Source: Planctomycetales bacterium (lineage in GTDB: Bacteria > 4484-113). From it: a DNA stretch of 64,000 nucleotides. Below are positions 50,061 through 59,975 of this stretch, piece by piece; positions within the stretch are counted from its first letter, which is position 1; the number at the start of each line of letters is the position of its first letter. The stretch is taken from assembly GCA_037441675.1 (NCBI GenBank), contig JBBIRS010000007.1, positions 1-64,000 of the forward strand. The letters run 5' to 3'. A program made the translations under genes and the position numbers. A model generated the notes under the pieces. It made no database searches. It was not told the DNA's origin and saw only the letters and a list, made by a program, of their open reading frames with translations.

Positions 50061-52391
50061 ATGAACGATTTTGAAACGATAGATAATCCTGATGACACGC
50101 TTCTTGCGCGCGTTGGATTGACAAGGGATGAGTTTTCGCGTCTATGTGAAAAGCTTCAGCGTTCCCCAAACATAATCGAGATGGGAATGGTGGGCGCTCT
50201 TTGGAGCGAGCATTGTGGATACAAGTCATCTAAGCTCCACCTGCAAAAACTGCCTACAAGTGGCGAGAGAGTCTTGCAGGGTCCTGGCGAGAACGCGGGC
50301 GTTGTGCAGGTCAATGAGGATGTTGCGGTAGTCTTCAAGATTGAGAGCCATAACCATCCATCTGCGGTTGAACCATTCCACGGCTCTGCCACTGGCATTG
50401 GTGGAATAATAAGAGATGTTTTTACCATGGGCGCGCGTCCTATTGCCCTTTTAGACCCCCTAAGATTTGGACCCATCACGAACTTTTACAACCCGAAGCT
50501 GGAAAAAAACCTGGTTCAGCGCAACCGTTATCTGATGAACGGAGTTACCGCGGGCATTTCATTTTACGGAAACTGCGTCGGTATTCCAACGGTCGGTGGA
50601 GAACTTCTCTTTCACGAGAGCTATTCATTAAATCCACTGATGAACGGTCTTTGTCTTGGCATTGCGCACCCAAAAGAGCTTATTTTCGCTTCCGCTCGTG
50701 AACTTGGAAGCAAGTTAGTCCTAGTGGGAGCTAAAACCGGGCGCGATGGAATTCAAGGCGCAACATTTGCTTCCGTTGAACTTACGGAGGATGTTCAAAG
50801 AAGTAGGCCTGCGGTTCAAGTTGGCGATCCATTTTTGGAGAAGTGCTTGCTTGAGGCAAGCCTGAGATTGAAAGCTCACCCGGGACTAATCGGTGTGCAG
50901 GATTTGGGCGCTGCGGGTCTCACCAGTAGCTCCGTTGAAATGGCATCTCGCGGCGGTGTGGGCGTCCGTCTATATTTGGATAAAGTTCCACTTCGCACTA
51001 AGCATCTTTCTCCCTATGAGATTATGCTTTCTGAATCTCAGGAGCGTATGCTTATGGTGGTGAAGGAGGAGGCGCTTGCCGACATATACAGGGAGTTCTC
51101 CAAGTGGGGATTAGACGCTAGCGTGATTGGCGAGGTCATTGAAGAAAAGGTGGTTAGCATATACATTAACGGGGCGGAAGTAGCGCGACTACCGGTGGAG
51201 CTTTTAGTTAAAGGCGCGCCAGTGCTTGAACGCAAGCAGTCTCCGCCAACTCCTCCGAAAGAGTTTATCGCCGATACTCGTATTATTGCTTTAGAATTAT
51301 CCAAAAGAAAACTGCCAGCAAATTTTCCGGTGAGTATTCTTTGCAGAAACGAATACGAGCGGGCTTTGTCTCTTCTCTCGGCGCATCCGAATTGCGCAAG
51401 CAAGAGAATCGTCTGGGAGCATTACGATCGGCAGGTTCAAATAAATACAGTCCTAGATGCGGAGACTTCTGATTCTGCCGTGCTTAGAATCAAGGGCACA
51501 AAGGAAGGCATTGCGCTAACCACTGATGGACCAGCTCATCTGGTTGCAATGGATGCAAGGTTGGGCGGAATGCACGCAGTTAAAGAAGCGTACCTTAATG
51601 TTTTATGCTCAGGCGCAGAACCTGTTGCTTTTACTAACTGCCTTAACTTTGCAAGCCCAGAAGTGCCGGAGGTGATGCATAGCTTTGCGGAGTGCGTAGA
51701 AGGCATGGCTTATGCCAGTCGTCTCCTCAACACTCCAGTTGTTTCGGGAAATGTTTCCTTTTACAACGAGACCGCCAGCTCAAGGATTATTCCCACGCCA
51801 GTAATAGGGATGCTTGGTATTGTGAATGATGTTGAACAATCCTTGAGTTTCAAATGGCATGAGGAACGTGAAGCCTTTTTAATTACAAGTAGCGATTTTA
51901 CCTTGGCAGGTTCTGTCATTCTGACTGATGTTCTTGGCGATTTTATGGGAAGGCTTGTTGCGCCTGATCTTCAATTTCTACTGCGCTTGAAAGATTTTAT
52001 CCTTCAGGCTAATTCAAAAGGGCTCATCAGTTCGCTTCATGACATTGACTCTTCAGGGCTACTCCATGCCCTTCTTGAATGCACGCTTTCTGGTGTTGGC
52101 GCATCACTAACCTTGCCAACCGAGCTTCTCTCAAATCAGGATAGCTTGACCCTTCTCTTTGGTTATCCATCCGTTGGAGCTATCGGAACTTCCAAGGCGA
52201 AGGATTTTCCCAAGATCATTAAGCTTGCCGAGAAGCACGAAATTAGGCTCTTCCACCTCGGGCGAACCGGTGGAAATTTCTTGACGATATACGATGGACT
52301 TAATAAGACACCGCTTATTAACCTTGAGGTTGGATTGTTCGCTTCCCTATATAATTGCGCATTAGTCTTCTTCCTCACGCACAACATTTGA
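50061..52391 (+). CDS. purL: Phosphoribosylformylglycinamidine synthase subunit PurL (small type)
   Basis: WSEHCGYKSS, ESHNHPS, DLGAAG, SESQERM, VSGNVSFYNE. Confidence 0.95.
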   Translation: MNDFETIDNPDDTLLARVGLTRDEFSRLCEKLQRSPNIIEMGMVGALWSEHCGYKSSKLHLQKLPTSGERVLQGPGENAGVVQVNEDVAVVFKIESHNHPSAVEPFHGSATGIGGIIRDVFTMGARPIALLDPLRFGPITNFYNPKLEKNLVQRNRYLMNGVTAGISFYGNCVGIPTVGGELLFHESYSLNPLMNGLCLGIAHPKELIFASARELGSKLVLVGAKTGRDGIQGATFASVELTEDVQRSRPAVQVGDPFLEKCLLEASLRLKAHPGLIGVQDLGAAGLTSSSVEMASRGGVGVRLYLDKVPLRTKHLSPYEIMLSESQERMLMVVKEEALADIYREFSKWGLDASVIGEVIEEKVVSIYINGAEVARLPVELLVKGAPVLERKQSPPTPPKEFIADTRIIALELSKRKLPANFPVSILCRNEYERALSLLSAHPNCASKRIVWEHYDRQVQINTVLDAETSDSAVLRIKGTKEGIALTTDGPAHLVAMDARLGGMHAVKEAYLNVLCSGAEPVAFTNCLNFASPEVPEVMHSFAECVEGMAYASRLLNTPVVSGNVSFYNETASSRIIPTPVIGMLGIVNDVEQSLSFKWHEEREAFLITSSDFTLAGSVILTDVLGDFMGRLVAPDLQFLLRLKDFILQANSKGLISSLHDIDSSGLLHALLECTLSGVGASLTLPTELLSNQDSLTLLFGYPSVGAIGTSKAKDFPKIIKLAEKHEIRLFHLGRTGGNFLTIYDGLNKTPLINLEVGLFASLYNCALVFFLTHNI

Positions 52392-52439
52392 GAGATTGCC
52401 ATTCCTAAATCCACTCCATTTCTGGGAGAGCGGAGGTAA

Positions 52440-52530
52440 GATTGAAGGGCGCGAACTCGTATCGCGCCGGATTCGGCGGAGGCAAGATCTACTTAAGAAT
52501 CTGCACATCAGTGTGAATCTGCCCTACAGG
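52440..52530 (+). repeat. REP-like intergenic element copy
   Basis: AGGGCGCGAACTCGTATCGCGCCG ... GCCCTACAG. Confidence 0.7.
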
Positions 52531-52569
52531 GTGCCCTCTCAGCCAAAAACGCAACCTTCTTAACTCAAA

Positions 52570-53526
52570 CTATAGCGGTTCTTCACCTGTCAAGTACGGA
52601 AGAATCGCCTTGAATTCATTAACGGTGCTGACGCCCTTGAGCTTCGCATTGGGAATAATCCTTGCGACCAAGTTTCTAAGCACTCTTCCCGGACCTAACT
52701 CAATGTAGGCATCCGGGGCAAGCTTGGAAATTGCCATCACTTCATCAACCCACATAACGGGCGCAGTTATTTGCTTTATGAGATGGCTGGCGAACAGGCT
52801 TACGTCTTGAGGGTAAGCTTGAGCGGAGTAATTTGAAAAGATAGGCGCGCTTGGAGGCTTAAATTGCGTTTCTTGAAGATATGGAGCAAGGGAATCGGCG
52901 CACTTTTGCATAAATCTTGAGTGGAAGGGTGCGCTTACGTTCAGCTCAATCACCCTCTTTGCACCGGCGGATTTTAGAGGTTCAATGCACCTTCCCACTG
53001 CGGTTCTTGCGCCGGATAAAACTATCTGCTCAGGCGAGTTGATATTGGCAATGTCTACAACATCTCTCTCGCTAGAGAATTCTGAAATGACCGATGCAAC
53101 TGTTTCCACATTAAGCCCGAGAACCGCTATCATCATTCCTCCGCCGACTGGCACAGCTTCCTGCATAAACTTTCCGCGCAGATGCACAAGCTGAACAGCA
53201 CGAGAAAAATCAAGGGATCCAGAACAGGTGAGCGCAGTGTACTCGCCTAGCGAATGCCCCGCAAAGGCACATATTGCGCCATCTGGAATGAACTCGGATA
53301 CGCATTGCCAGATGGCATAGCTCGCGGTTAGGATTGCCGGCTGGGCGTTCTCAGTTAAAGTTAGCGTTTCTGGAGGTCCTTCAAGGATTATCTTAGAAAT
53401 GGGGTAAGCTAAAATTTCATCAGCTTGAGTGAAGGTATCCCGAACAACCTTGAACTCTTGATAAAAGTCGGAAGCCATCCCAAATTCCTGCGAACCTTGA
53501 CCCGGAAAGAGAATCGCTAGTTTCAT
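52570..53526 (-). CDS. fabD: Malonyl-CoA-ACP transacylase
   Basis: FPGQGSQ, GHSLGEY, VSAPFHS, ELGPG. Confidence 0.95.
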   Translation of the reverse strand: MKLAILFPGQGSQEFGMASDFYQEFKVVRDTFTQADEILAYPISKIILEGPPETLTLTENAQPAILTASYAIWQCVSEFIPDGAICAFAGHSLGEYTALTCSGSLDFSRAVQLVHLRGKFMQEAVPVGGGMMIAVLGLNVETVASVISEFSSERDVVDIANINSPEQIVLSGARTAVGRCIEPLKSAGAKRVIELNVSAPFHSRFMQKCADSLAPYLQETQFKPPSAPIFSNYSAQAYPQDVSLFASHLIKQITAPVMWVDEVMAISKLAPDAYIELGPGRVLRNLVARIIPNAKLKGVSTVNEFKAILPYLTGEEPL

Positions 53527-53528
53527 AA

Positions 53529-54524
53529 TTAAGCCCAAATTAGAAATGCTGAAGCCCAACTAAGCCCAGCGCCAAATGCGAAGAAAACAATTTTGTCCCC
53601 GGGAGAGAGCTTTCCCGCGCGGTTCAACTCATCAAGGCATAACGGTATAGAAGCGGATGTTGTATTTCCGTATCGCTGAATGTTTAGGTAAACTTTCTCC
53701 TCTTCTACCCCTAGCCTTTCCCTTGTGCTCCTTATGATACGCTCATTAGCTTGATGACCTATGAACCATCTAACATCTTGAGGCTTGCAGTTTGCCTTTT
53801 TAAGAACTCGGTGAACCGTATCGTACATCATCCTAACCGCACGTTTGAAAACCTCCTGCCCTTCCATGTGGATGAAATGTTCTTCGTTGGCGACCGTTTG
53901 GAGAGTGGGAGGTTTGACACTACCACCTGCGGGTTGATAAAGGATGCTGAATCCGCTTCCGTCGCTCCCCAGATCAAAGTACAGTAATCCACGAGGTTCC
54001 TTCTGAGCGGGACGAGCTTCCAAGTAACAGGCTGAGGCTGCATCTCCAAATAGGACGCAATGAGTCCTGTCTGTGAAGTTGGCAATCGCAGACATTACCT
54101 CCGAGCCTATCACTAAAGCGTTGTTAAACAGACCGTCCCGCAACATACTCGTGACGCAGGCGATAGCGTAGATAAACCCACTACAAGCAGCTTCAAGGTC
54201 AAAACAAGCGGATTTCACCGCACCTATTCTGCTTTGTATCACCGAAGCGGTTGAAGGGAAAATCCTATCAGGCGTTACAGTGGGAACAACTATGAGCTCC
54301 ACATCTTTTGCCTCAACTCCTGCCATTTCTAAGGCTTTTTTTGCTGCTTCAGCTCCCATAAATGAGTTCGTTTCTCCGGGGGATGCCAGACGACGCTCCT
54401 TTATGCCAGTCCTTGCTGTTATCCACTCATCAGATGTGTCAAGAACTTTAGCATAATCATCGTTGGTAAATACCCTTTTGGGCAAGTAGCTTCCAGTTCC
54501 GCGAATTACCACTTCAGTTTCCAT
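53529..54524 (-). CDS. fabH: 3-oxoacyl-ACP synthase III
   Basis: DTSDEWI..RTGI, AACSGF, HQAN, GNTTSASIP, FGAGLSW. Confidence 0.95.
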   Translation of the reverse strand: METEVVIRGTGSYLPKRVFTNDDYAKVLDTSDEWITARTGIKERRLASPGETNSFMGAEAAKKALEMAGVEAKDVELIVVPTVTPDRIFPSTASVIQSRIGAVKSACFDLEAACSGFIYAIACVTSMLRDGLFNNALVIGSEVMSAIANFTDRTHCVLFGDAASACYLEARPAQKEPRGLLYFDLGSDGSGFSILYQPAGGSVKPPTLQTVANEEHFIHMEGQEVFKRAVRMMYDTVHRVLKKANCKPQDVRWFIGHQANERIIRSTRERLGVEEEKVYLNIQRYGNTTSASIPLCLDELNRAGKLSPGDKIVFFAFGAGLSWASAFLIWA

Positions 54525-54665
54525 AATTCCTCCAAAAAATTTGGAAAACTAGCTAGGGAAAACTAGGGAGGCTAATAACTCATAATCCTAACTAAACCCT
54601 TATTATACGACCTAGATAGAAATAATGAAGCAATTAGGATAGAGCTCGGATAGACACTAAGAAAG

Positions 54666-55718
54666 TTAGGTACTACTTGCGTATATGGTTGGGATAGGAT
54701 GCTTTGACATTTCAGCTTCAAGGCGCCCACTAATATCCTCCTCAATCATTCTAATCGCAAACCTGATGGCATTTTTGATTGCGTTGGCGTCGCTTCTACC
54801 ATGGCAAATGACAACATTTCCACGAACACCAAGTAGCGGTGCCCCACCCCACTCGCTGTAATCTAATCTCTTTCTTATTCGCTTAACGACCGCTCCGAAG
54901 AGAAGTTTTACAGCCAGAGCGCTTAAGAGATTTTTCCTGAACTCATCTTTCATCATTTTGTATAACGCCTGGGCTAGCCCTTCGGCGAACTTCAATAGCA
55001 CGTTGCCAATAAAACCGTCGCACACCATTACGTCCACGTTCCCCTGCATTAAAGTTTGACCTTCCACGTAACCAAAAAAGTTTAACGATGGGTCCGACTT
55101 TAGAAGCTTGTACGCCTCTCTAACCACCGCGTTACCCTTGTAGTCTTCGCTTCCATTGCTAAGCAGAGCAATTCTTGGATTCTCTCTCTTAAATATTCGC
55201 TCCACGTAAACCTTACCAATATGAGCCAATTGATAAAGGTGATGAGGTCGGAGGTCAACATGCGCGCCGGCATCTAAATAGAACAGCGTTCTTTTGAGGG
55301 TTGGAAGTGGCGTGACTATTGGAGGTCTTTCCACCGATTTCAGCCTGCCCAGCACAAAAAGTGATGTGGTCATTACAAGACCCGTGTTTCCTGCGGATAT
55401 AAATGCACCTCCTCGCTCCTTGAGTAAATTCAAACCAACGCTTATTGGATTTTCCGGGTAATCTTTGTATACCTGAACTGGGCTTTCTATTCTTTGGGGA
55501 AGTTTGTTCCTGCTTTCATGAAAGTCTAACGTTACTCCTAATCTTTTTACTATGGGAAACAGACGTTTCTCTGCTAATCTCTTAATCTGAGCAACATCTG
55601 AGCTGACTAAACAAAGGGTAATCGGCTTATCAAGGCTTTCAACCGCCAAAGCACATCCTCTAAGAACTTCACCAATTCCCAATTCGGGAGTCTCAACGTC
55701 TAGTATTACCGTTTGCAT
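54666..55718 (-). CDS. plsX: Phosphate acyltransferase PlsX (divergent N-terminus)
   Basis: SAGNTG, VERP, LDAGA, CDGFIGNVLLK, GGAPLLG, HGRS; directly upstream of fabH. Confidence 0.9.
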   Translation of the reverse strand: MQTVILDVETPELGIGEVLRGCALAVESLDKPITLCLVSSDVAQIKRLAEKRLFPIVKRLGVTLDFHESRNKLPQRIESPVQVYKDYPENPISVGLNLLKERGGAFISAGNTGLVMTTSLFVLGRLKSVERPPIVTPLPTLKRTLFYLDAGAHVDLRPHHLYQLAHIGKVYVERIFKRENPRIALLSNGSEDYKGNAVVREAYKLLKSDPSLNFFGYVEGQTLMQGNVDVMVCDGFIGNVLLKFAEGLAQALYKMMKDEFRKNLLSALAVKLLFGAVVKRIRKRLDYSEWGGAPLLGVRGNVVICHGRSDANAIKNAIRFAIRMIEEDISGRLEAEMSKHPIPTIYASST

Positions 55719-55797
55719 ATTTTGCTTGTTAGAATTATAGTTTAACACTTTGAATTATCTGCGAAGAGAGTAGTTTGAATTATAAACACAAAATTAA

Positions 55798-56241
55798 ATG
55801 ATAGAACATACATCATCAGGAACGGTAGTAGTTAAATCAGGTTTACCTCCAAAAGTTCTCATCATTAAGGTTGAGCGCAAGAATGGAACCTTTTGGGGAT
55901 TACCGAAGGGTCATGTTGACGATGGGGAGAGCTTGCTTGATGCCGCAATTAGAGAAACGGTGGAAGAAACGGGCATTCCCCCGAATCTATTAAAACCACT
56001 CTGCTATTTGGATAGAATAACTTACGAGTTTTACACGTATGAGGATGGCAAACCTACTTTGAATACAAAGGAGGTTCACTTTTTCTTGCTTGAAACTAGC
56101 AATCTTGCTGAAGCAATTTCGCCGTCAATGGAGGAATTCATTTTTGACTATAGGTGGGTAACATTTAAGGAGGCAATGGAACTAACTACTTTTGAGAATT
56201 ATCGAAAAATATTAAAAAGAGCAGAAATTGCTTTTTTTTAA
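55798..56241 (+). CDS. NUDIX hydrolase
   Basis: LPKGHVDDGESLLDAAIRETVEETG. Confidence 0.9.
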   Translation: MIEHTSSGTVVVKSGLPPKVLIIKVERKNGTFWGLPKGHVDDGESLLDAAIRETVEETGIPPNLLKPLCYLDRITYEFYTYEDGKPTLNTKEVHFFLLETSNLAEAISPSMEEFIFDYRWVTFKEAMELTTFENYRKILKRAEIAFF

Positions 56242-56312
56242 TGAAAGATAAACATTAAAATCCTGATTTTAGGGTAGAATAGTAGTTAAGAGGAAGCCCT
56301 TGGGCTTCAGAG

Positions 56313-57500
56313 GTGAAATCTTTTCCCGCTGGCACTGAGGTGAAATTCCCACTTTCTAAGAATAGGGTTATTCAACTAGCATTAGGATTTGACGATGTTT
56401 CCCTCGTTCCCTCTACCACGAGCGTTGACCCGAGAGATGTTGATGTTTCCTTTAGCATTGCGGATTTTAGCTTCAAGATACCAATAATCGCTAGCGCTAT
56501 GGATGCTGTGAGCAGTCCTGATTTCGCAATTTTGTATCATAAACTTGGAGGACTTGCGGTTATAAACCTTGAGGGCATCTTCACAAGATATGAGGATCCC
56601 ACTAATGCCCTAAACGCCATTGCGGAAGCTAGCGATGAAGATGCAACTAGAATTCTGCAGGAGATTTACCGCGAACCTGTCAAGCCCAACTTGATTGAGG
56701 CGGTCATCAAGAGGATTAAGGATGGTGAAGCGCTTGCTGCAGGAAGCTTAACCCCTAGAGCTACGAGAGATTATGGAAAATTCGCGGTGAGCGCTGGACT
56801 TGATTTGCTCTTCGTCCAGTCCACTGTTACAACTCCTAACTACATTTCCACTCATACAAAGGCTCTCTCAATTGCTGAACTAACTAGCAATCTTGGAGTA
56901 CCGGTTCTTGTTGGAAACTGCGTAAGTTATGAGGTTGGATATGAGCTTTTTTCTGCTGGGGCTATCGGAGTTATGGTTGGTATCGGACCTGGCGAAGCCT
57001 GCACAACGCGGGCGGTCACCGGGGTTGGACTGCCCCAGATAACCGCCACCATTGAAGTTGCGGAAGCTAGGAACGACTTTGAGAAAAAGACAGGCAAGAG
57101 TGTGCTTGTTATTACTGATGGTGGAATGAGAAATGGTGGGCAGATGGCAAAAGCGCTCGCTGCTGGCGCGGACGCAATTATGGTCGGCTCAATCTTTGCA
57201 GGCTGTCCCGAAACTCCTGCTGCGCCATTCCACTGGGGAATGGCAACTCCGGATCCGAATTTGCCCCGTGGAACCCGCGTGAGAGTTTCTAAGGAAGTTT
57301 CTCTGGAAAAGCTACTTTTTGGGCCCACTTCCAAAACTGATGGCAGTGAAAACTTAATCGGATGCATAACAGCTTCAATGAGCATGTGTGGCGCTAGAAA
57401 CATTAAAGAATTCCACAACACCCAACTCGCATGCTCTCTTAGCTTTCTTTCCGAAGGCAAAAGCCTTCAGTACTCCCAACGTCTAGGTATGGGAGGGTAG
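56313..57500 (+). CDS. IMP dehydrogenase family protein (GuaB3 type, no CBS domains)
   Basis: GFDDVSLVP, ASAMD, VGIGPGEACTTR, DGG, HWGMA. Confidence 0.88.
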   Translation: MKSFPAGTEVKFPLSKNRVIQLALGFDDVSLVPSTTSVDPRDVDVSFSIADFSFKIPIIASAMDAVSSPDFAILYHKLGGLAVINLEGIFTRYEDPTNALNAIAEASDEDATRILQEIYREPVKPNLIEAVIKRIKDGEALAAGSLTPRATRDYGKFAVSAGLDLLFVQSTVTTPNYISTHTKALSIAELTSNLGVPVLVGNCVSYEVGYELFSAGAIGVMVGIGPGEACTTRAVTGVGLPQITATIEVAEARNDFEKKTGKSVLVITDGGMRNGGQMAKALAAGADAIMVGSIFAGCPETPAAPFHWGMATPDPNLPRGTRVRVSKEVSLEKLLFGPTSKTDGSENLIGCITASMSMCGARNIKEFHNTQLACSLSFLSEGKSLQYSQRLGMGG

Positions 57501-57501
57501 C

Positions 57502-59046
57502 TTGGAAACTAAACAAAAAATTATCGTCATAGACCTTGGCTCTCAGTACACCCAGCTAATCGCGAGAAGAATTCGCGAACTTAACGTCTATTCTGAAATC
57601 AAACCATCAAACATTACTTTAGAGGAGCTTCTTAGAGAAAAGCCGATTGGCGTTATTCTCTCTGGTGGACCCGCAAGTGTTTATGACCCTAAATCGCCTA
57701 AGATTGATAGACAAATTCTTGACGCGGATGTTCCTATTCTTGGGATTTGTTATGGCCTCCAGCTAATCGCGCACATCCTAGGTGGAAGAGTTGAAAGAGC
57801 CAAGGCTAGCGAGTTCGGTAAAACTGAACTTAAATTGCTTCATCCAACCAGCAAGATTTTCCGCGGGCTGAACCCCGAGCTTATCTGCTGGATGAGTCAC
57901 TCAGACGTCGTGGTTTCACCTCCTAAGGGCTTTATCACTACCTCCTGCACCTATAACACGCCAGTTGCTTCTATGGAGAATGAGGAGGGAAAACTCTACG
58001 GCGTGCAGTTTCACCCTGAGGTCACTCATACCCCTTGGGGCATTGAACTTATTAGAATGTTTCTTTATGACATTTGTGGAGCTAGGGGGGATTGGAAGGT
58101 AACTTCTATTATCGAAGATGCGGTGGAAACTATTAAGGAAAGAGTTAAGGACGCTAAAGCCCTTTGCGCCATATCGGGGGGTATTGATTCGCTTACCACC
58201 GCTGTCCTAGCACAAAGAGCCATTGGTGAACAGCTTTTCTGCATCTTCGTGGATCATGGCCTTATGCGTCTAAATGAGGCGGATCAGGTTGAGAGCGTAT
58301 TCAAGAAGCAGTTCAAAGCTAACTTCAGAAGGGTGAATGCATCCTCAAGGTTTTTAAGAAAACTCCGAGGGGTTACAGACCCCGAGAAGAAGAGAAGGAT
58401 AATTGGAAGGGAGTTCATAAGGATTTTTGAGGAGGAAGCAAGGAAGATTAAGGGAATTCGCTACATGGCTCAGGGAACTATCTACCCTGATGTGATAGAA
58501 AGCAGAGGAGTCGGTGGACACGCTAGGGTTATCAAGAGCCACCATAACGTTGGCGGGCTTCCTAAGAAGATGAAACTAAAGTTGATTGAACCTCTGAGAA
58601 ATCTCTTTAAGGACGAGGTAAGAAAACTTGCCCTTGAGCTTGGAGTTCCAGAGGCAATCGTGAATAGACAGCCATTCCCTGGACCAGGACTCGCAATTAG
58701 AATAATTGGAACGGTAACGAGAGAAAAGATCAAAATTTTACAAAAGGCGGACGCGATAATTCAAGAGGAGCTTTCGCGCTCTGAAATTTACACAGACATT
58801 GCACAAGCCTTCGGCGTTTTACCCTCCGTGAAAACTGTCGGAGTTATGGGGGATAATCGCACCTACGGCTTTCCGATAATTCTGAGAATTGTTACCACAA
58901 CTGATTGGATGACCGCTGATTGGGCTAAAATCCCTTACCCCGTGCTTGAAAGAATAAGCAATCGTATAATAAATGAGGTGGAACAGGTAAATCGGGTCGC
59001 ATATGACATTAGCAGTAAGCCTCCTGCGACAATTGAATGGGAGTAA
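57502..59046 (+). CDS. guaA: GMP synthase (glutamine-hydrolysing)
   Basis: GSQYTQLIARR, GICYG, QFHPEV, SGGIDS, KPPATIEWE. Confidence 0.96.
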   Translation: METKQKIIVIDLGSQYTQLIARRIRELNVYSEIKPSNITLEELLREKPIGVILSGGPASVYDPKSPKIDRQILDADVPILGICYGLQLIAHILGGRVERAKASEFGKTELKLLHPTSKIFRGLNPELICWMSHSDVVVSPPKGFITTSCTYNTPVASMENEEGKLYGVQFHPEVTHTPWGIELIRMFLYDICGARGDWKVTSIIEDAVETIKERVKDAKALCAISGGIDSLTTAVLAQRAIGEQLFCIFVDHGLMRLNEADQVESVFKKQFKANFRRVNASSRFLRKLRGVTDPEKKRRIIGREFIRIFEEEARKIKGIRYMAQGTIYPDVIESRGVGGHARVIKSHHNVGGLPKKMKLKLIEPLRNLFKDEVRKLALELGVPEAIVNRQPFPGPGLAIRIIGTVTREKIKILQKADAIIQEELSRSEIYTDIAQAFGVLPSVKTVGVMGDNRTYGFPIILRIVTTTDWMTADWAKIPYPVLERISNRIINEVEQVNRVAYDISSKPPATIEWE

Positions 59047-59110
59047 TTTATTTTCGCGGTATAAATCGCGAAAGACAAAAGATTTTGATAAAAGATTTTG
59101 TTGAAATCAG

Positions 59111-59644
59111 ATGAAAATGATAAAGGTACCTGAACATTTCAAGCTTATACTCAGCGCGGAGCAGATTGAGCGGAGGGTTCGAGAGCTTGCGCAAGAAATT
59201 TCAAAGGCGCATAAGGGGAAGACATTGCACCTTGTTGGCGTGCTTAAGGGCGCAACTGTCTTCTTGGCAGACCTCTCTAGAAAACTGACCATTCCAACAA
59301 CAATGGACTTTCTCGCAGTTGCAAGCTATGGTGATTCAACTGAAAGTAGCGGGATTGTTCGGATGGTCAAGGATTTGGATCATCCCATTGAAAGCAGAGA
59401 CGTGATGATTGTTGAGGATATTGTGGATACTGGCTTGACGCTAAAGTATATTCAGGAAGTTCTGCGCGGAAGGAAAGTCGCATCATTAAAGGTCTGCACC
59501 CTTCTCGATAGGCCCGATAGAAGAAAGGTGCCAGTCAATGTGGATTATATAGGCTTCACCATCGCGGATAAGTATGTAGTTGGGTATGGGCTTGATTTTG
59601 AGCAAAAGTGGAGACACCTGCCGGGAATATACACTATAGAATAG
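59111..59644 (+). CDS. hpt: Hypoxanthine phosphoribosyltransferase
   Basis: GVLKGA, SYG, IVEDIVDTG, VVGYGLD. Confidence 0.93.
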   Translation: MKMIKVPEHFKLILSAEQIERRVRELAQEISKAHKGKTLHLVGVLKGATVFLADLSRKLTIPTTMDFLAVASYGDSTESSGIVRMVKDLDHPIESRDVMIVEDIVDTGLTLKYIQEVLRGRKVASLKVCTLLDRPDRRKVPVNVDYIGFTIADKYVVGYGLDFEQKWRHLPGIYTIE

Positions 59645-59666
59645 TTGTCAACTTGAGAGGGTATAT

Positions 59667-59790
59667 AAAGTTGTCCCCTCATGGTGAAACATTCAGGGTG
59701 AATCATTCAATCTTAAACATTTAGGGTGAAGCGTTCAGGATGTTCCCTTCAGAGTTAAAATTCTTGGTGAAGCCTTGCAGAGTGTTCTTG
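59667..59790 (+). repeat. Degenerate 14-bp tandem array (~8-9 units, consensus AGGGTGAAnCnTTC)
   Basis: ATGGTGAAACATTC, AGGGTGAATCATTC, AATCTTAAACATTT, AGGGTGAAGCGTTC and AGGATGTTCCCTTC fall in exact 14-nt register from 59681 to 59750, with looser flanking units. Confidence 0.75.
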
Positions 59791-59975
59791 GAAATATTGA
59801 GTAGAATTTACTAAATGTTGGTTTATCGGGTATAATATTTACGTCTACACAGTTCTCCCGTAGCAACTTGCAAATGGAAGAGGATAAATTCTGGTCAACT
59901 TTCCCCAAAGTCCGTTAAAGGGTGAAGAGCAAATCTGCGAAAAATTCCCGATAAAGAAATTTGAGGTGAGTAGCA

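Noticed and set aside
59667..59790. CRISPR array
   Set aside because: 14-nt period with no spacers, and no cas genes in the window
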